From Alphaproteobacteria bacterium (lineage in GTDB: Bacteria; Pseudomonadota; Alphaproteobacteria; MPNO01), in the NCBI GenBank assembly GCA_965248835.1, contig CBDFLJ010000001.1:352001-416000 (forward strand): a DNA stretch of 64,000 nucleotides. The letters run 5' to 3'. The notes under the pieces were generated by a model. It was not told the DNA's origin and did no database searches. It saw only the letters and a list, made by a program, of their open reading frames with translations. Position 1 is the stretch's first letter. The number at the start of each line of letters is the position of its first letter. Positions 50,440 to 60,142 of this stretch are shown here, piece after piece. Made by a program: the position numbers and the translations under genes.

Positions 50440-51891
50440 TCAACGCGCCAATGTCAGCGACAAGCCGGGCTTGCTGATATGGATGCGGTTGCAGTCGCTG
50501 CGCTCGGTGAGCGCGCGGACCAGGCTGACCAGAGGGTGCCGGCCGGTCGGGTAGTCGGCAGGCGGCGGAGCGGCCCTCATCGCTGCGACGTCGTCTTCGC
50601 CGAACAGCCAGCGCAGCACCATTTCCTCATCGGAGATGCCCGCACCGCCGTAGCGGGCGCGCATCGCGGCCAATGTCGGCGGGGGCGCATCCGGACGCGT
50701 CACCTCGGCGGTTCGCGGACGCTGGAGGATGCGCTGGCGGATTTCAGGATCCATCGCCGCGATCGCCTCGGTGCCGTAATAGCCCAGCGCGTACGCGATC
50801 ACCTGGTCGCTAACCTCGCGGTAGCGCTGCCCGGTGATCACGTTGATCGCCGCCTGGCTGCCGACGAACTGGGACAGGGGCGTGACCATCACCGGATAGC
50901 CGAGCTCGGCCCGGACCCGGACCGTCTCCTCCAGGGTCTCCGGCAGCCGATCCGCCATGCCCACCAGGTCGAGTTGATGGGCAAGGTTGGAAATCATCCC
51001 GCCCGGAACCTGGTGGCGGTACTGGGCGGCGTCATAGCGCAATGGCGCGCCGACGGGCAGGCCCTCGCGCGCGGCAATGGTTGCGAAATGCGCCGAGACC
51101 TCTTCCAGGGCTTCCAGATCGACCGCCGGCTCGTAGCCCAGCGCGCGGGCGTTCGCGGCGACATCGAAGACCGAAGGGTTGGACGCGCCGTCCGAGAGCG
51201 GCGGGATCGCGGTGTTGACGATGTCGATCCCGGCCTCGATCGCTTCCAGGCAGCATAGCGGGCCGAGCCCGGTGGTGCAGTGGGTATGGAACTCCACCGG
51301 GATCTCGCCGGCATTGGCGAGCACGATCGGCGCAAGGGAAGCGGTCCGCTTTGGAGTCAGGAGCCCGCCCGGGTCCTTCAGACAGATCCGATAGACCGGC
51401 AGGGCGGCAGCGAGCCGGCAGCGCTCGGCGTAATAATCGTCGGTGTGCACCGGCGAGATCGAGTAGATCAGGTTGAGCACCGGCTTGAGCCCGGCATCGT
51501 TTGCCGCATCGACGCGGCGCTTCCAGCCTTCGAGCCCGTTCCACGGGTCGGACAGCCGGACCTCGGCGATGCCGTTCTTCGCGCACAGCGCGAGGAACAG
51601 CCCGAACATCTCCGGCGGCTCGTCCTCGAAGGTGTTGATGCGGCCCGCGACCAACCGCAGCGGGGTGTCGGGCGTGCGCCCGGCAATCAGCCGCATGCGC
51701 TCGAACGGATCGTCCTTCAGGTCGCGGACGGCCTTGCCCAACTGTCCGTCGGAGATGAGCTCGATCGCATCGAAGCCCGCGCCGTCGAGCCGCGCCGCGA
51801 CCGGCATCATCATCGCGGTGGTCATCGACGAGGCCCACAGGCTGAGCGGGCCGTCGCGGAGCGTGCAGTCGACGAAGCGGATCGCACTCAC
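50440..51891 (-). CDS. Pyruvate carboxylase/oxaloacetate decarboxylase-type carboxyltransferase, divergent, with no fused biotinyl domain
   Basis: D.TLRDG, YS.SP.HT, LKDPGGLL, FHTH.TTG, HQVPGGM.SNL, VR.ELGYP.MVTP.SQ.VG.QA; GTG overlaps the BCCP stop. Confidence 0.88.
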   Translation of the reverse strand: MSAIRFVDCTLRDGPLSLWASSMTTAMMMPVAARLDGAGFDAIELISDGQLGKAVRDLKDDPFERMRLIAGRTPDTPLRLVAGRINTFEDEPPEMFGLFLALCAKNGIAEVRLSDPWNGLEGWKRRVDAANDAGLKPVLNLIYSISPVHTDDYYAERCRLAAALPVYRICLKDPGGLLTPKRTASLAPIVLANAGEIPVEFHTHCTTGLGPLCCLEAIEAGIDIVNTAIPPLSDGASNPSVFDVAANARALGYEPAVDLEALEEVSAHFATIAAREGLPVGAPLRYDAAQYRHQVPGGMISNLAHQLDLVGMADRLPETLEETVRVRAELGYPVMVTPLSQFVGSQAAINVITGQRYREVSDQVIAYALGYYGTEAIAAMDPEIRQRILQRPRTAEVTRPDAPPPTLAAMRARYGGAGISDEEMVLRWLFGEDDVAAMRAAPPPADYPTGRHPLVSLVRALTERSDCNRIHISKPGLSLTLAR

Positions 51892-52349
51892 GGCGCCGGC
51901 TCGATCCCGAACAACGGCTGACCGTACTCGACCGATTGGCCGTCGGCGACGAGGATTTCCGCGATCACGCCGGCGGAGTCCGCGGCCACGGCGGTGAAGA
52001 CCTTCATCACCTCGACCAGCCCGACGGTGGTACCCGGCTCCACACGCGCGCCCTTTTCGACGAAGGGCGCCGCGCCGGGGTTGGGACCCGCATAGAAGGT
52101 GCCGACCATGGGCGATTGCACGGCGACCAGCCCGGGCCGCAACGCGGCGACGCTCGGTGGCGGCGGCGGTGACGGCGCGGATCGGGCGGCCGGGTGCGTG
52201 GGTTGACCGGCCGGCGCGGCGGTTGCCGGCCGGTAGCCGCCTTTGGCCACCGAGAGCTTGAGCGAGCCTGTCTCGAGTTCGAAGAAGTCGAAGTTCGACC
52301 TGTCGATCAGCTCGAGGATCTCGCGGACCTCTTCTTCGGTCAGCTCCAT
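51888..52349 (-). CDS. Biotin carboxyl carrier protein (AccB-like)
   Basis: AccB-like N-terminus, Pro/Ala linker, SPMVGTFY, biotinylation motif EVMKV, VEYGQPLF. Confidence 0.92.
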   Translation of the reverse strand: MELTEEEVREILELIDRSNFDFFELETGSLKLSVAKGGYRPATAAPAGQPTHPAARSAPSPPPPPSVAALRPGLVAVQSPMVGTFYAGPNPGAAPFVEKGARVEPGTTVGLVEVMKVFTAVAADSAGVIAEILVADGQSVEYGQPLFGIEPAP

Positions 52350-52358
52350 GCCGTCCGC

Positions 52359-53399
52359 CTAAAGCACCGCCTCGGCCAGCAGGCGCAGCGCCTCGATCGA
52401 CGGCTCCTTGGCGATCAAAGTGTGCACGTGGCCCTTGGCCGCGGCCTCTTTCCAGGCGCCCAGCCGGTCGCGGATGCGCGCGGGCGGGCCGACCAGGGCG
52501 ATGTCGTCGACCAGTTGATCAGGGACCGCCGCCGCCGCCTCGCGGTGCTTGCCGTCGAGGAACAGATCCTGGATCTTCACCGCCGCGTCTTCGTATCCGA
52601 GCAGCTTCGCGTAGTCGTTGTAGAAGTTCTTGCGGCGTGCGCCCATGCCGCCGACATAGAGCGCCATGTGGCGCTTGACCTCGGCGCGGCAGGCCTCCAG
52701 GTCTTCACCCGGATGGATCGGCACGAAGGGGGCGATTGCGAAATCCGCCAGCGTCTTGCCGCCGCCGGCCTTGGCGAAGCCCTCCTCGATCGGTCCTGCG
52801 AACAGGTCGAACCGGTCCGGGTTCATGAACACCGGGAAGAAGCCGTCGGCGAGCTCGGCCGCGGTGCGAACGCCGGCCGGGGTGAACGCGCCGGTGAAGA
52901 TCTTCAGCGGCGCGAAGGGATGGAGGATGCTCTTCAGCGGCTTGCCGAGCCCGGTCGTGCCGGGCCCGGTCGCCGGGATGCGGTAATGCTCGCCCTGATG
53001 CTCCAACGGAGCCTCGCGGGCGAAGACCTTGCGGATGACCGAGATGTATTCGCGTGTCCGGGTCATCGGCTTGCCGTAGGGAACGCCGTACCAACCTTCG
53101 ATCACCTGCGGTCCCGACGGGCCGATGCCGAGCACGAAGCGGCCGCCGGAAAGCGCCTGCAGAGTCATCGCCGCCATCGCCGCGGCGGTGGGCGTGCGCG
53201 CACCCATCTGGATGATCGCTGTGCCGACGGTGATCCGCGAGGTCAGTGCCAGCATCCAGGACGCGGGCGTGATCGCATCGCTGCCGTAGGCCTCCGACGT
53301 CCAGATCGAGTCGTAGCCCAGACGCTCGACCTCGCCGACCGCCGCGGAATCGACCGAGAATCTGGACCCCGAATAGCCGAACGTCACGCCGATCTTCAT
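52359..53399 (-). CDS. Luciferase-like (LLM) oxidoreductase, probable F420-dependent subfamily
   Basis: ERLGYDSIW.SEAYGSDA, ARTP...AM.A.TL..LSGGRF.LG.G.SGPQVIEGW.G, LY.GGMG....NFY; resembles the Rv3520c-like group. Confidence 0.85.
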   Translation of the reverse strand: MKIGVTFGYSGSRFSVDSAAVGEVERLGYDSIWTSEAYGSDAITPASWMLALTSRITVGTAIIQMGARTPTAAAMAAMTLQALSGGRFVLGIGPSGPQVIEGWYGVPYGKPMTRTREYISVIRKVFAREAPLEHQGEHYRIPATGPGTTGLGKPLKSILHPFAPLKIFTGAFTPAGVRTAAELADGFFPVFMNPDRFDLFAGPIEEGFAKAGGGKTLADFAIAPFVPIHPGEDLEACRAEVKRHMALYVGGMGARRKNFYNDYAKLLGYEDAAVKIQDLFLDGKHREAAAAVPDQLVDDIALVGPPARIRDRLGAWKEAAAKGHVHTLIAKEPSIEALRLLAEAVL

Positions 53400-53663
53400 T
53401 CCCTGGCCCCTGCGTCGATCTGAAAACTCGCCATCGCATCGAGAGCGCCGTTCGCGGTGGCCGCGATCAGACGCACGCGCCGCGGAATCGCGGGAACTAT
53501 TCGCATTCGGTCCGGCCCTCACGGTCGGGGTAAGATAGCAGGCATAACCGTTCCGGGCCGGGCGCGGCAAGCCCGACGGAAAGGCGCCAGTCCGGCCGTG
53601 TACCGTCAAGGAGGCGTGGCGGGCAAGTCCGTGTGAGCGGCGATATCGGTGGATGGTTGAGCG

Positions 53664-55136
53664 ATGCGGTTCCTGACCCGCGCGGTAAGCGGCCTGTTCC
53701 TTGCCGTGATCACCTTCGGGCTGATCGGGCTCGGCATCTGGCGGCTCCAGGACGCGATCGGCGCCCGCGAAGCCGGGCAGGCCGAGCCGGCGCGCGAGCG
53801 CTCCTACGCGGTCGAGGTCACGACGCTGCGACCGCAGACCGTCCGGCCGGTCATCACCGCCTACGGTGAGGTCCGCGCCTGGCGCATGCTGGAGATTCGC
53901 GCCGGTGCCGCCGGGCCGATCACCGAGCTGTCGGCCGGCTTCCGCGACGGGGCGAGCGTGGCCGCCGGCGAGCCGCTGTTCGCGATCGATCCGACCGATT
54001 ACCGGCGCCGGGTCCGCGATGCAAAGGTCGGGCTCGTCCAGGCCCGGGCCGATCTTGCCGAGGCCAGGGAAGCCTTCGTCCTGGCGGCCGAGGAAGCGCG
54101 CATCGCCAGGCGCCAGCTCGGCCTCAAGGACAGCAACCTGGTGCGCAAGAAGAAGCTGATGGGCAAGGGCATCGTCGCCCAGGCCGCCCTCGATGAGGCG
54201 CGCAACGCCGTCGCCAACGCCCAGCAGACCCTGAATACACGCCTGAAGGCCGAGCTTGCCGCAAGGACGCGCATCGGCACCGCCGACCTCGCGGTCCAGC
54301 GCGCGGCGATCGCCCTGGAGGACGCCGAGAAATCATTGGCCGACGCCCGTTACCGCGCGCCGTTTGCCGGACCCTTGACCGGCGTGGTCGCGACGCTCGG
54401 CCGCCGGGTGACCCGGAACGAGGTGCTCGGCACCCTGATCGACAGGTCGACGCTGGAAGTCTCGTTCCGGGTCACCGACGCGGCCTTCGGCCGTCTCCTG
54501 GCCGAGGGCAGCGGCAGCGCGCTCAAGCCGCTGAAGGTTACCGCGCGCCTGGCGCTCGGCGAGCGCCGCATCGCGGTCGCGGGCACGCTGGAGCGCGCCG
54601 GGCCGCTCAGCAAGCTCTCCGAGGGCGGGCGCATGGTCTTTGCACGCATCGAGGCCGCGGACGAGACGGCGCTGCGCCCGGGCGACTTCGTCACCGTCGA
54701 GGTGGAGGAGGAGGCGATCCAGAACGTCGTGGTGATCCCGGCCGAGGCGGCAACCCAGGACGGCAAGATCTTTCTGCTCGACGCGCACGACCGATTGGAG
54801 GAAGTCACCGGCCGCATTCTGCGGCGCCAGGCCGACACGCTGGTGATGGCGGGCCTGCCGTTCGGGCGGCGCTATGTCAGGGCGCGCCTGCCTTATCTCG
54901 GCGCCGGGGTCGCGGTGACGCCGCGCGAGGCCGGCGCGGTGCCGGAGACCGCGGCACCGCCCGCGATGATTTCGCTCGACAACGCGCGGCGCCGCGCGAT
55001 CATCGCCTTCGTCAAGGCGCGCACCGGCATGCCGTCTGAAATAAGGGCGAGGATTCTGGCCGCGCTCGCCAAGCCGCGTGTTCCCGCGGCCATGGTTGAG
55101 CGGCTGGAGGCCCGCATCAACGGCGCCCGACGGTGA
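53664..55136 (+). CDS. RND efflux periplasmic adaptor (MFP) with extra C-terminal helical domain
   Basis: N-terminal TM anchor, lipoyl halves (G..V..GE.LF.ID; RAPFAG), long alpha-hairpin, LRPGDFV.V. Confidence 0.88.
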   Translation: MRFLTRAVSGLFLAVITFGLIGLGIWRLQDAIGAREAGQAEPARERSYAVEVTTLRPQTVRPVITAYGEVRAWRMLEIRAGAAGPITELSAGFRDGASVAAGEPLFAIDPTDYRRRVRDAKVGLVQARADLAEAREAFVLAAEEARIARRQLGLKDSNLVRKKKLMGKGIVAQAALDEARNAVANAQQTLNTRLKAELAARTRIGTADLAVQRAAIALEDAEKSLADARYRAPFAGPLTGVVATLGRRVTRNEVLGTLIDRSTLEVSFRVTDAAFGRLLAEGSGSALKPLKVTARLALGERRIAVAGTLERAGPLSKLSEGGRMVFARIEAADETALRPGDFVTVEVEEEAIQNVVVIPAEAATQDGKIFLLDAHDRLEEVTGRILRRQADTLVMAGLPFGRRYVRARLPYLGAGVAVTPREAGAVPETAAPPAMISLDNARRRAIIAFVKARTGMPSEIRARILAALAKPRVPAAMVERLEARINGARR

Positions 55137-58100
55137 GGACGCCGAGCACGGACGCCGACGGCGGACGGCTCGCCGGACTGTTCCGCTACTTCGTCGATCA
55201 CCGCACCGCAGCGAACCTGCTGATGGTGGTGATGCTGCTGGCCGGCCTGTTCTCCGCCACCCAGATACGCTCGCAGTTCTTTCCCGACGTCGCCATAGAG
55301 GTCGTGCGCGTCAACGTTGTCTGGTCCGGTGTCGGGCCGGAGGAGATCGACCGCGCGGTCGTCGCCCGGCTCGAGCCGGGGCTGCGCGCCGTCGACGGCC
55401 TGGAGACCCTCCGCGCCTCCACGCGCGAGGGGCGCACCACGATTCGCCTGGAGTTCGTGGCGGGCTGGGACATGGAGGCCGCGGTCGAGGAGGTCAAGGC
55501 CGCGGTCGAGGAGACGCCGGACCTGCCGGGCGATATCGAAGAGCCGACGATCCGCCGCGCCCGGTTCCGCGACCTGGTAACCGACGTGATCATTTCCGGA
55601 CCGGTCTCGCTCGCCTTGCTGCACGACTATGGCGAGGAGCTGCGCACGCGGCTTTTCCGGGCCGGGGTCACCAAGACCCGCCTGATCGGCGTCAGCGCGC
55701 CGAAAATCCGGATCGACGTGCCGCCCGATGCGCTGGAGCGCCACGGCCTGACGCTGCGCCGGATCGCCGATGCGGTCGCCGCGGAGACCGGCATCCGGCC
55801 GGTCGGCGATTTCGCCCAGGGCACCGCGCGGGTCCGCACCGATGCCGGGCGCGAGACCATCCGGCGGATCGCGGCCATCGCCGTCCGCTCGCTGCCCGAC
55901 GGCAGCAAGCTGCGCCTGAGTGACTTCGCCAGGGTTCACGAGGAGGGGCTCGACCGCGGTCAGGCGCTTTTCCGCAGCGGCAAGCCGGCGGTCCGGGTCC
56001 GAATTGAGCGCGACGCCAAGGGCGATTCGATCGCGCTGCAGCAGACGGTTGAGGATGTCGTGGCCCGGATAGCGTCGAGCCTGCCGCAAGGCATCGAGAT
56101 GACGCTTACCCGCACCCGCGCCCGGGCGATCACCTCGCGGCTCGACCTGCTGATCAACAACGGTTCGATGGGTCTCGCGATCGTCCTGGTGCTCCTGTTC
56201 CTGTTCCTGTCCGCGCGGACCGCGTTCTGGGTGGCCGCCGGCATCCCCGTCGCGATGGCCGCGACCGTCGCCCTGATGTACGTCGCCGGGTTCACCTTCA
56301 ACATGGTTTCGCTGTTCGCGTTGATCCTGTGCCTGGGCATCGTCGTCGACGATGCGATCGTGGTCGGCGAACACACGGACCATCTAGCCGGGCAGGGCCT
56401 GTCGCCGGCCGACGCCGCGACGCAAGCCGCCCGGCGCATGGCGGGTCCGGTTTTCAGCGCTTCGATCACCACGGTGATCGCCTTCGCCGCCATCATCCTG
56501 ATCAGCGGACGGTTCGGTCGGCTGATCGCCGATCTTCCCTTCACCGTCTGCGTGGTGGTGATCGCGAGCCTGATCGAATGCTTCATCATCCTGCCCGCCC
56601 ACATGCGCCACGCCCTGCAGTCCGGCGCGCGCAAGCGCTGGTTCGATGCGCCGGGCCGGATGGTCAACCGCTTCTTCGTCCGGTTCCGCGAAGGCGGGTT
56701 CCGGCGCTTCATCCGCGCCGTGATCCGGTTGCGCTATCCGGTCTGGGGGATGGCCTTGCTGCTGCTCGCGGTCTCGGCCTCGGCGGTGATCGACAGGACG
56801 GTGCGCTGGCGGTTTTTCGTCGCACCCGAACGCGGCACGGTGACCGCCAATATCGCCATGCTGCCGGGCGCGGTGCGGGCCGACACCAAGGCGATGCTGG
56901 ACGAGCTCGACCGCGCGCTGGCGGTGGTCAACGACCGCTATGCCGCGAAATACGGCCGCGCGCCGGTCGAGCTGTCGATCGCCAAGCTCGGCGGCACCAC
57001 CGGCCGCGGGCTGACCGGTGCCGATACCATGGACCCCGACCGCCTGGGCGGCTACGACATCTCGCTGATTGATCCGGACGAGAGACCCTATACCGGCTTC
57101 GCCTTCCTGGCCGATTGGCGGGGCGAGATCCGCCGGTTGCCGAAGCTCGAACGCCTCGCGCTGCGCCGCGAGCGCCGCGGTCCGGGCAGCGGGGATATCC
57201 ATATCCAGCTGTCGGGCGCCGACAGCCAAACGCTCAAGACCGCCGCGCTCGACCTCCAGGCCCGGCTCGCGCGGTTCCCGGCGGTCAGCGGGCTGGAGGA
57301 CGACCTGGCCTACGACAAGCCCGAGTTCGTGGTGCGGCTGACCCCGCGCGGCGAGGCGCTGGGGCTCAGCACCGCCGCGCTTGCCCGCACGCTGCGCGAA
57401 CGCCTGGACGGCATCGAGGCGGCGTCGTTCGCGCGCGGCACCCATGAAGTCGAAGTCAGAGTCCGCCTGCCCGAAGACGCGCTGGGCCGGTCCTATCTGC
57501 ACCGTGCCAAGCTGCCGGTAGCGGGCGGCGCCTTCGTGCCGCTGTCCTCGATCGCGACCCTGGAGCAAAAGCAAGGCTTCTCCGTCATCCGGCGCGAGGC
57601 CGGTGAGCAGGTGGTCACCGTCTCCGGCGACCTTGACGACGACGCGGCGGCGCGGACCGCGGTCGGCGACGCGCTGGCCGGCGAGATCCTGCCCGAGATC
57701 GCGCGGCGCTACGGCATTCGCACCTCGCTCGGCGGGCTTACCGAGCAGGAGCGCGACTTCCTGTCCGACGCCAGACTCGGCCTGGCTTTGTGTCTGGTCG
57801 GGATCTATCTCGTGCTGGCCTGGGTGTTCGGATCCTGGTCGCGTCCGATCGTGGTGATGCTGGTGATCCCGTTCGGGCTGATCGGGGCGATCTGGGGCCA
57901 TCACCTGCACGGCATCCCGCTATCGATGTTTTCGGTCGTGGGCCTGTTGGGGATGACCGGGATCATCGTCAACGATTCGATCGTGCTGGTGACCACCATC
58001 GACCGGCGGCTCGAAACGCAAAGCGCGGTCGCCGCGGTGATCGACGGGACCTGCGACCGCCTGCGCGCCGTGCTCCTGACCACGCTGACCACAATCGGCG

Positions 58101-58306
58101 GGCTTGCGCCGCTGTTGCTCGAGACCAGCCGCCAGGCGGCGTTCCTCAAGCCCACCGTGCTGACCCTGGTCTACGGGCTCGGCTTCGGCGTGGTGATCGT
58201 CCTGATGATCACGCCGGCCGCGGTGGCGATCCAACAGGACATCGGGCTGCACTTGAAAAGCGCGCGGCGGATGATCCGCTGGCGCGCGCGGCGATGGACA
58301 GGCTGA
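55133..58306 (+). CDS. RND efflux permease (AcrB/AcrD/AcrF family)
   Basis: 1057 aa; AANLLM, GIVVDDAIVVGE, IE...ILP.H, GIIVNDSIVL, RLRAVLLTTLTT. Confidence 0.94.
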   Translation: MRTPSTDADGGRLAGLFRYFVDHRTAANLLMVVMLLAGLFSATQIRSQFFPDVAIEVVRVNVVWSGVGPEEIDRAVVARLEPGLRAVDGLETLRASTREGRTTIRLEFVAGWDMEAAVEEVKAAVEETPDLPGDIEEPTIRRARFRDLVTDVIISGPVSLALLHDYGEELRTRLFRAGVTKTRLIGVSAPKIRIDVPPDALERHGLTLRRIADAVAAETGIRPVGDFAQGTARVRTDAGRETIRRIAAIAVRSLPDGSKLRLSDFARVHEEGLDRGQALFRSGKPAVRVRIERDAKGDSIALQQTVEDVVARIASSLPQGIEMTLTRTRARAITSRLDLLINNGSMGLAIVLVLLFLFLSARTAFWVAAGIPVAMAATVALMYVAGFTFNMVSLFALILCLGIVVDDAIVVGEHTDHLAGQGLSPADAATQAARRMAGPVFSASITTVIAFAAIILISGRFGRLIADLPFTVCVVVIASLIECFIILPAHMRHALQSGARKRWFDAPGRMVNRFFVRFREGGFRRFIRAVIRLRYPVWGMALLLLAVSASAVIDRTVRWRFFVAPERGTVTANIAMLPGAVRADTKAMLDELDRALAVVNDRYAAKYGRAPVELSIAKLGGTTGRGLTGADTMDPDRLGGYDISLIDPDERPYTGFAFLADWRGEIRRLPKLERLALRRERRGPGSGDIHIQLSGADSQTLKTAALDLQARLARFPAVSGLEDDLAYDKPEFVVRLTPRGEALGLSTAALARTLRERLDGIEAASFARGTHEVEVRVRLPEDALGRSYLHRAKLPVAGGAFVPLSSIATLEQKQGFSVIRREAGEQVVTVSGDLDDDAAARTAVGDALAGEILPEIARRYGIRTSLGGLTEQERDFLSDARLGLALCLVGIYLVLAWVFGSWSRPIVVMLVIPFGLIGAIWGHHLHGIPLSMFSVVGLLGMTGIIVNDSIVLVTTIDRRLETQSAVAAVIDGTCDRLRAVLLTTLTTIGGLAPLLLETSRQAAFLKPTVLTLVYGLGFGVVIVLMITPAAVAIQQDIGLHLKSARRMIRWRARRWTG

Positions 58307-58353
58307 GCCGACGGCGGCACAATGGCGCCCGACGCGGTCAACGGAGCGGAACC

Positions 58354-58773
58354 ATGGCAAAGCTGCGCCATCTCGCCATGCAGGTGCCCGACCTGGACAA
58401 GGCGGGCGCGTTCTACAAGTCGGTCTTCGACATGGAACAGGTCGTGCGGGCCGACACCCCGTTCGGCAACGTGCTGATGCTGACCGACGGGGTGATCAAC
58501 CTTACGCTGCTCAATTTCCCCGAGGGCACCAAGGGCATGATCAACGGCCCCGACTGGGCCGGGCTTCACCACATGGGCTTCGTCATCGAGGATGAACAGG
58601 AGACGATAGGGCGGATCGAGGCCCACGGCGGCGAATACTTCACCACCCTGCCCGACGGCTACGAGGGTATCCAGGCCGAGGTCAAGTACAAGGACCCCAA
58701 CGGCGTGGTCTTCGACATCTCCGAGCACGGCTGGCTGACCCGGGCGCTCGAAAAGGCCGAAGCCGCCGAATAG
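58354..58773 (+). CDS. VOC (glyoxalase/bleomycin-resistance/dioxygenase) family protein
   Basis: LRHLAM.V.D...A..FY..VF, L.DG.INL.LL, GLHHMGF, E.KY.DPNG..FDIS. Confidence 0.88.
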   Translation: MAKLRHLAMQVPDLDKAGAFYKSVFDMEQVVRADTPFGNVLMLTDGVINLTLLNFPEGTKGMINGPDWAGLHHMGFVIEDEQETIGRIEAHGGEYFTTLPDGYEGIQAEVKYKDPNGVVFDISEHGWLTRALEKAEAAE

Positions 58774-58837
58774 CCCGACCGTCCGGCGGCGCGCTTCTGA
58801 CGCGGACCGGACTCCGTCTCACGTCGGAGGGCTTGGC

Positions 58838-60142
58838 ATGAGCGATCTCGACGCCGACGCGCTGCGTGATCTGGTGCGCCCCGACCGGGTGCACCGCGAT
58901 TTCTATGTCAGCCCGGCGGTCTTCGAGCTGGAGATGGCCCGCATCTTCGCCCGCGCCTGGTTGTTCGTCGGGCATGCGAGCCAGATCCCCGCCCCCGGGG
59001 ATTTCATTACCACGCGGATCTGCCGCCAGCCGGTGATCATGAGCCGTGACGACGACGGCGAGATCCATCTGCTGTTCAACCGCTGCACCCACCGCGGCGC
59101 GCAGATTTGCACACAGTCCAAGGGCAGCACGCAGCGCTTCGAGTGCCCCTATCACGGCTGGGCGTTCAGGACCGACGGCAGCCATGCCGGCGCGCCCTAC
59201 CCCAAGCGCTACGCCAAGGAATTCCTGGACGGCGGCGGGCTCGACCTGGCGCGGGTGCCGAGGATGGCGGTCTATCGCGGCTTCGTGTTCGGAAGCCTGA
59301 GCGCCGAGGGGCCGGCGCTGGAGGACTTCCTGGGGCCGATGCGCGCCCACATCGACGACATGGTCGACCGCGCCCCGGACGGCGAGGTCGAGGCGAGCGC
59401 GGGCGTCTTCCGCTACCGCTTCGCGGCCAACTGGAAGATCCAGATCGAGAACCAGAACGACCTCTACCATCCGATGTTCACCCACGCCTCGACGACCGCG
59501 GAGGACGGCACCCAGTTCCGGCGCCAGGGCGCGTCGCAGGACGAGGCGGGCTCGGTCAAGCTGCTGTCGTCCGGGGCGGCGCTCAACGAGGCGTGGGAGG
59601 ATCTGCCGGTCGGCGGCTGCCGCTACGGCCACACCTATTCGGGCCGCTTTCCCATGGACAAGGCCAACAGCGGCCCGGTCTTCGAGCGCTACGCCGCCGC
59701 GCTGGAGGCCGGACGCGGCAGGAAACGCGCCGGCGAGGTCATCAACCTCACCCGGCACAACAGCATTTTCTATCCGCAATTCTCCATCCAGTACCTCACC
59801 CAGCACATAAGGGTGATGAACCCGATCTCGGTCGATTGCACCGAGAACACCATCATCCCGCTCAAGCTCAAGGGCGCGCCCGAGGAGATGTGGCGTGCGG
59901 CCTTGCGCAGCAACAACAACAGCCATTCGCCCGCCGGCATGGTGATGTCCGACGACATGGAGGTCTGGACCCGCTGCCAGAACGGGCTCGCCACCCAGGG
60001 CGAGGACTGGGTGGTCTTCGCCCGCGGCCTCGGTGAGGAGGCGACCGACAACCAAGGCAACTATGAAGGGCGCGGCACCACCGAGACCTGCGCGCGCCAT
60101 CAGCACCTCGCCTGGCTGGACTATATGTGCCGCGAAGGCTGA
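58838..60142 (+). CDS. Rieske aromatic ring-hydroxylating oxygenase alpha subunit
   Basis: Rieske motif NRCTHRG...CPYHGW; mononuclear Fe ligands NWK..EN..D.YH....H and DDME. Confidence 0.94.
   Translation: MSDLDADALRDLVRPDRVHRDFYVSPAVFELEMARIFARAWLFVGHASQIPAPGDFITTRICRQPVIMSRDDDGEIHLLFNRCTHRGAQICTQSKGSTQRFECPYHGWAFRTDGSHAGAPYPKRYAKEFLDGGGLDLARVPRMAVYRGFVFGSLSAEGPALEDFLGPMRAHIDDMVDRAPDGEVEASAGVFRYRFAANWKIQIENQNDLYHPMFTHASTTAEDGTQFRRQGASQDEAGSVKLLSSGAALNEAWEDLPVGGCRYGHTYSGRFPMDKANSGPVFERYAAALEAGRGRKRAGEVINLTRHNSIFYPQFSIQYLTQHIRVMNPISVDCTENTIIPLKLKGAPEEMWRAALRSNNNSHSPAGMVMSDDMEVWTRCQNGLATQGEDWVVFARGLGEEATDNQGNYEGRGTTETCARHQHLAWLDYMCREG

Noticed and set aside
46708-51258. 1516-aa plus-strand ORF, the longest in the track
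   Set aside because: Antisense shadow. nadE (5' part), DAHP synthase, gor and the carboxyltransferase happen to share one minus-strand frame (their start coordinates are all divisible by 3), so the GC-rich complementary frame stays open. It has no protein motifs.
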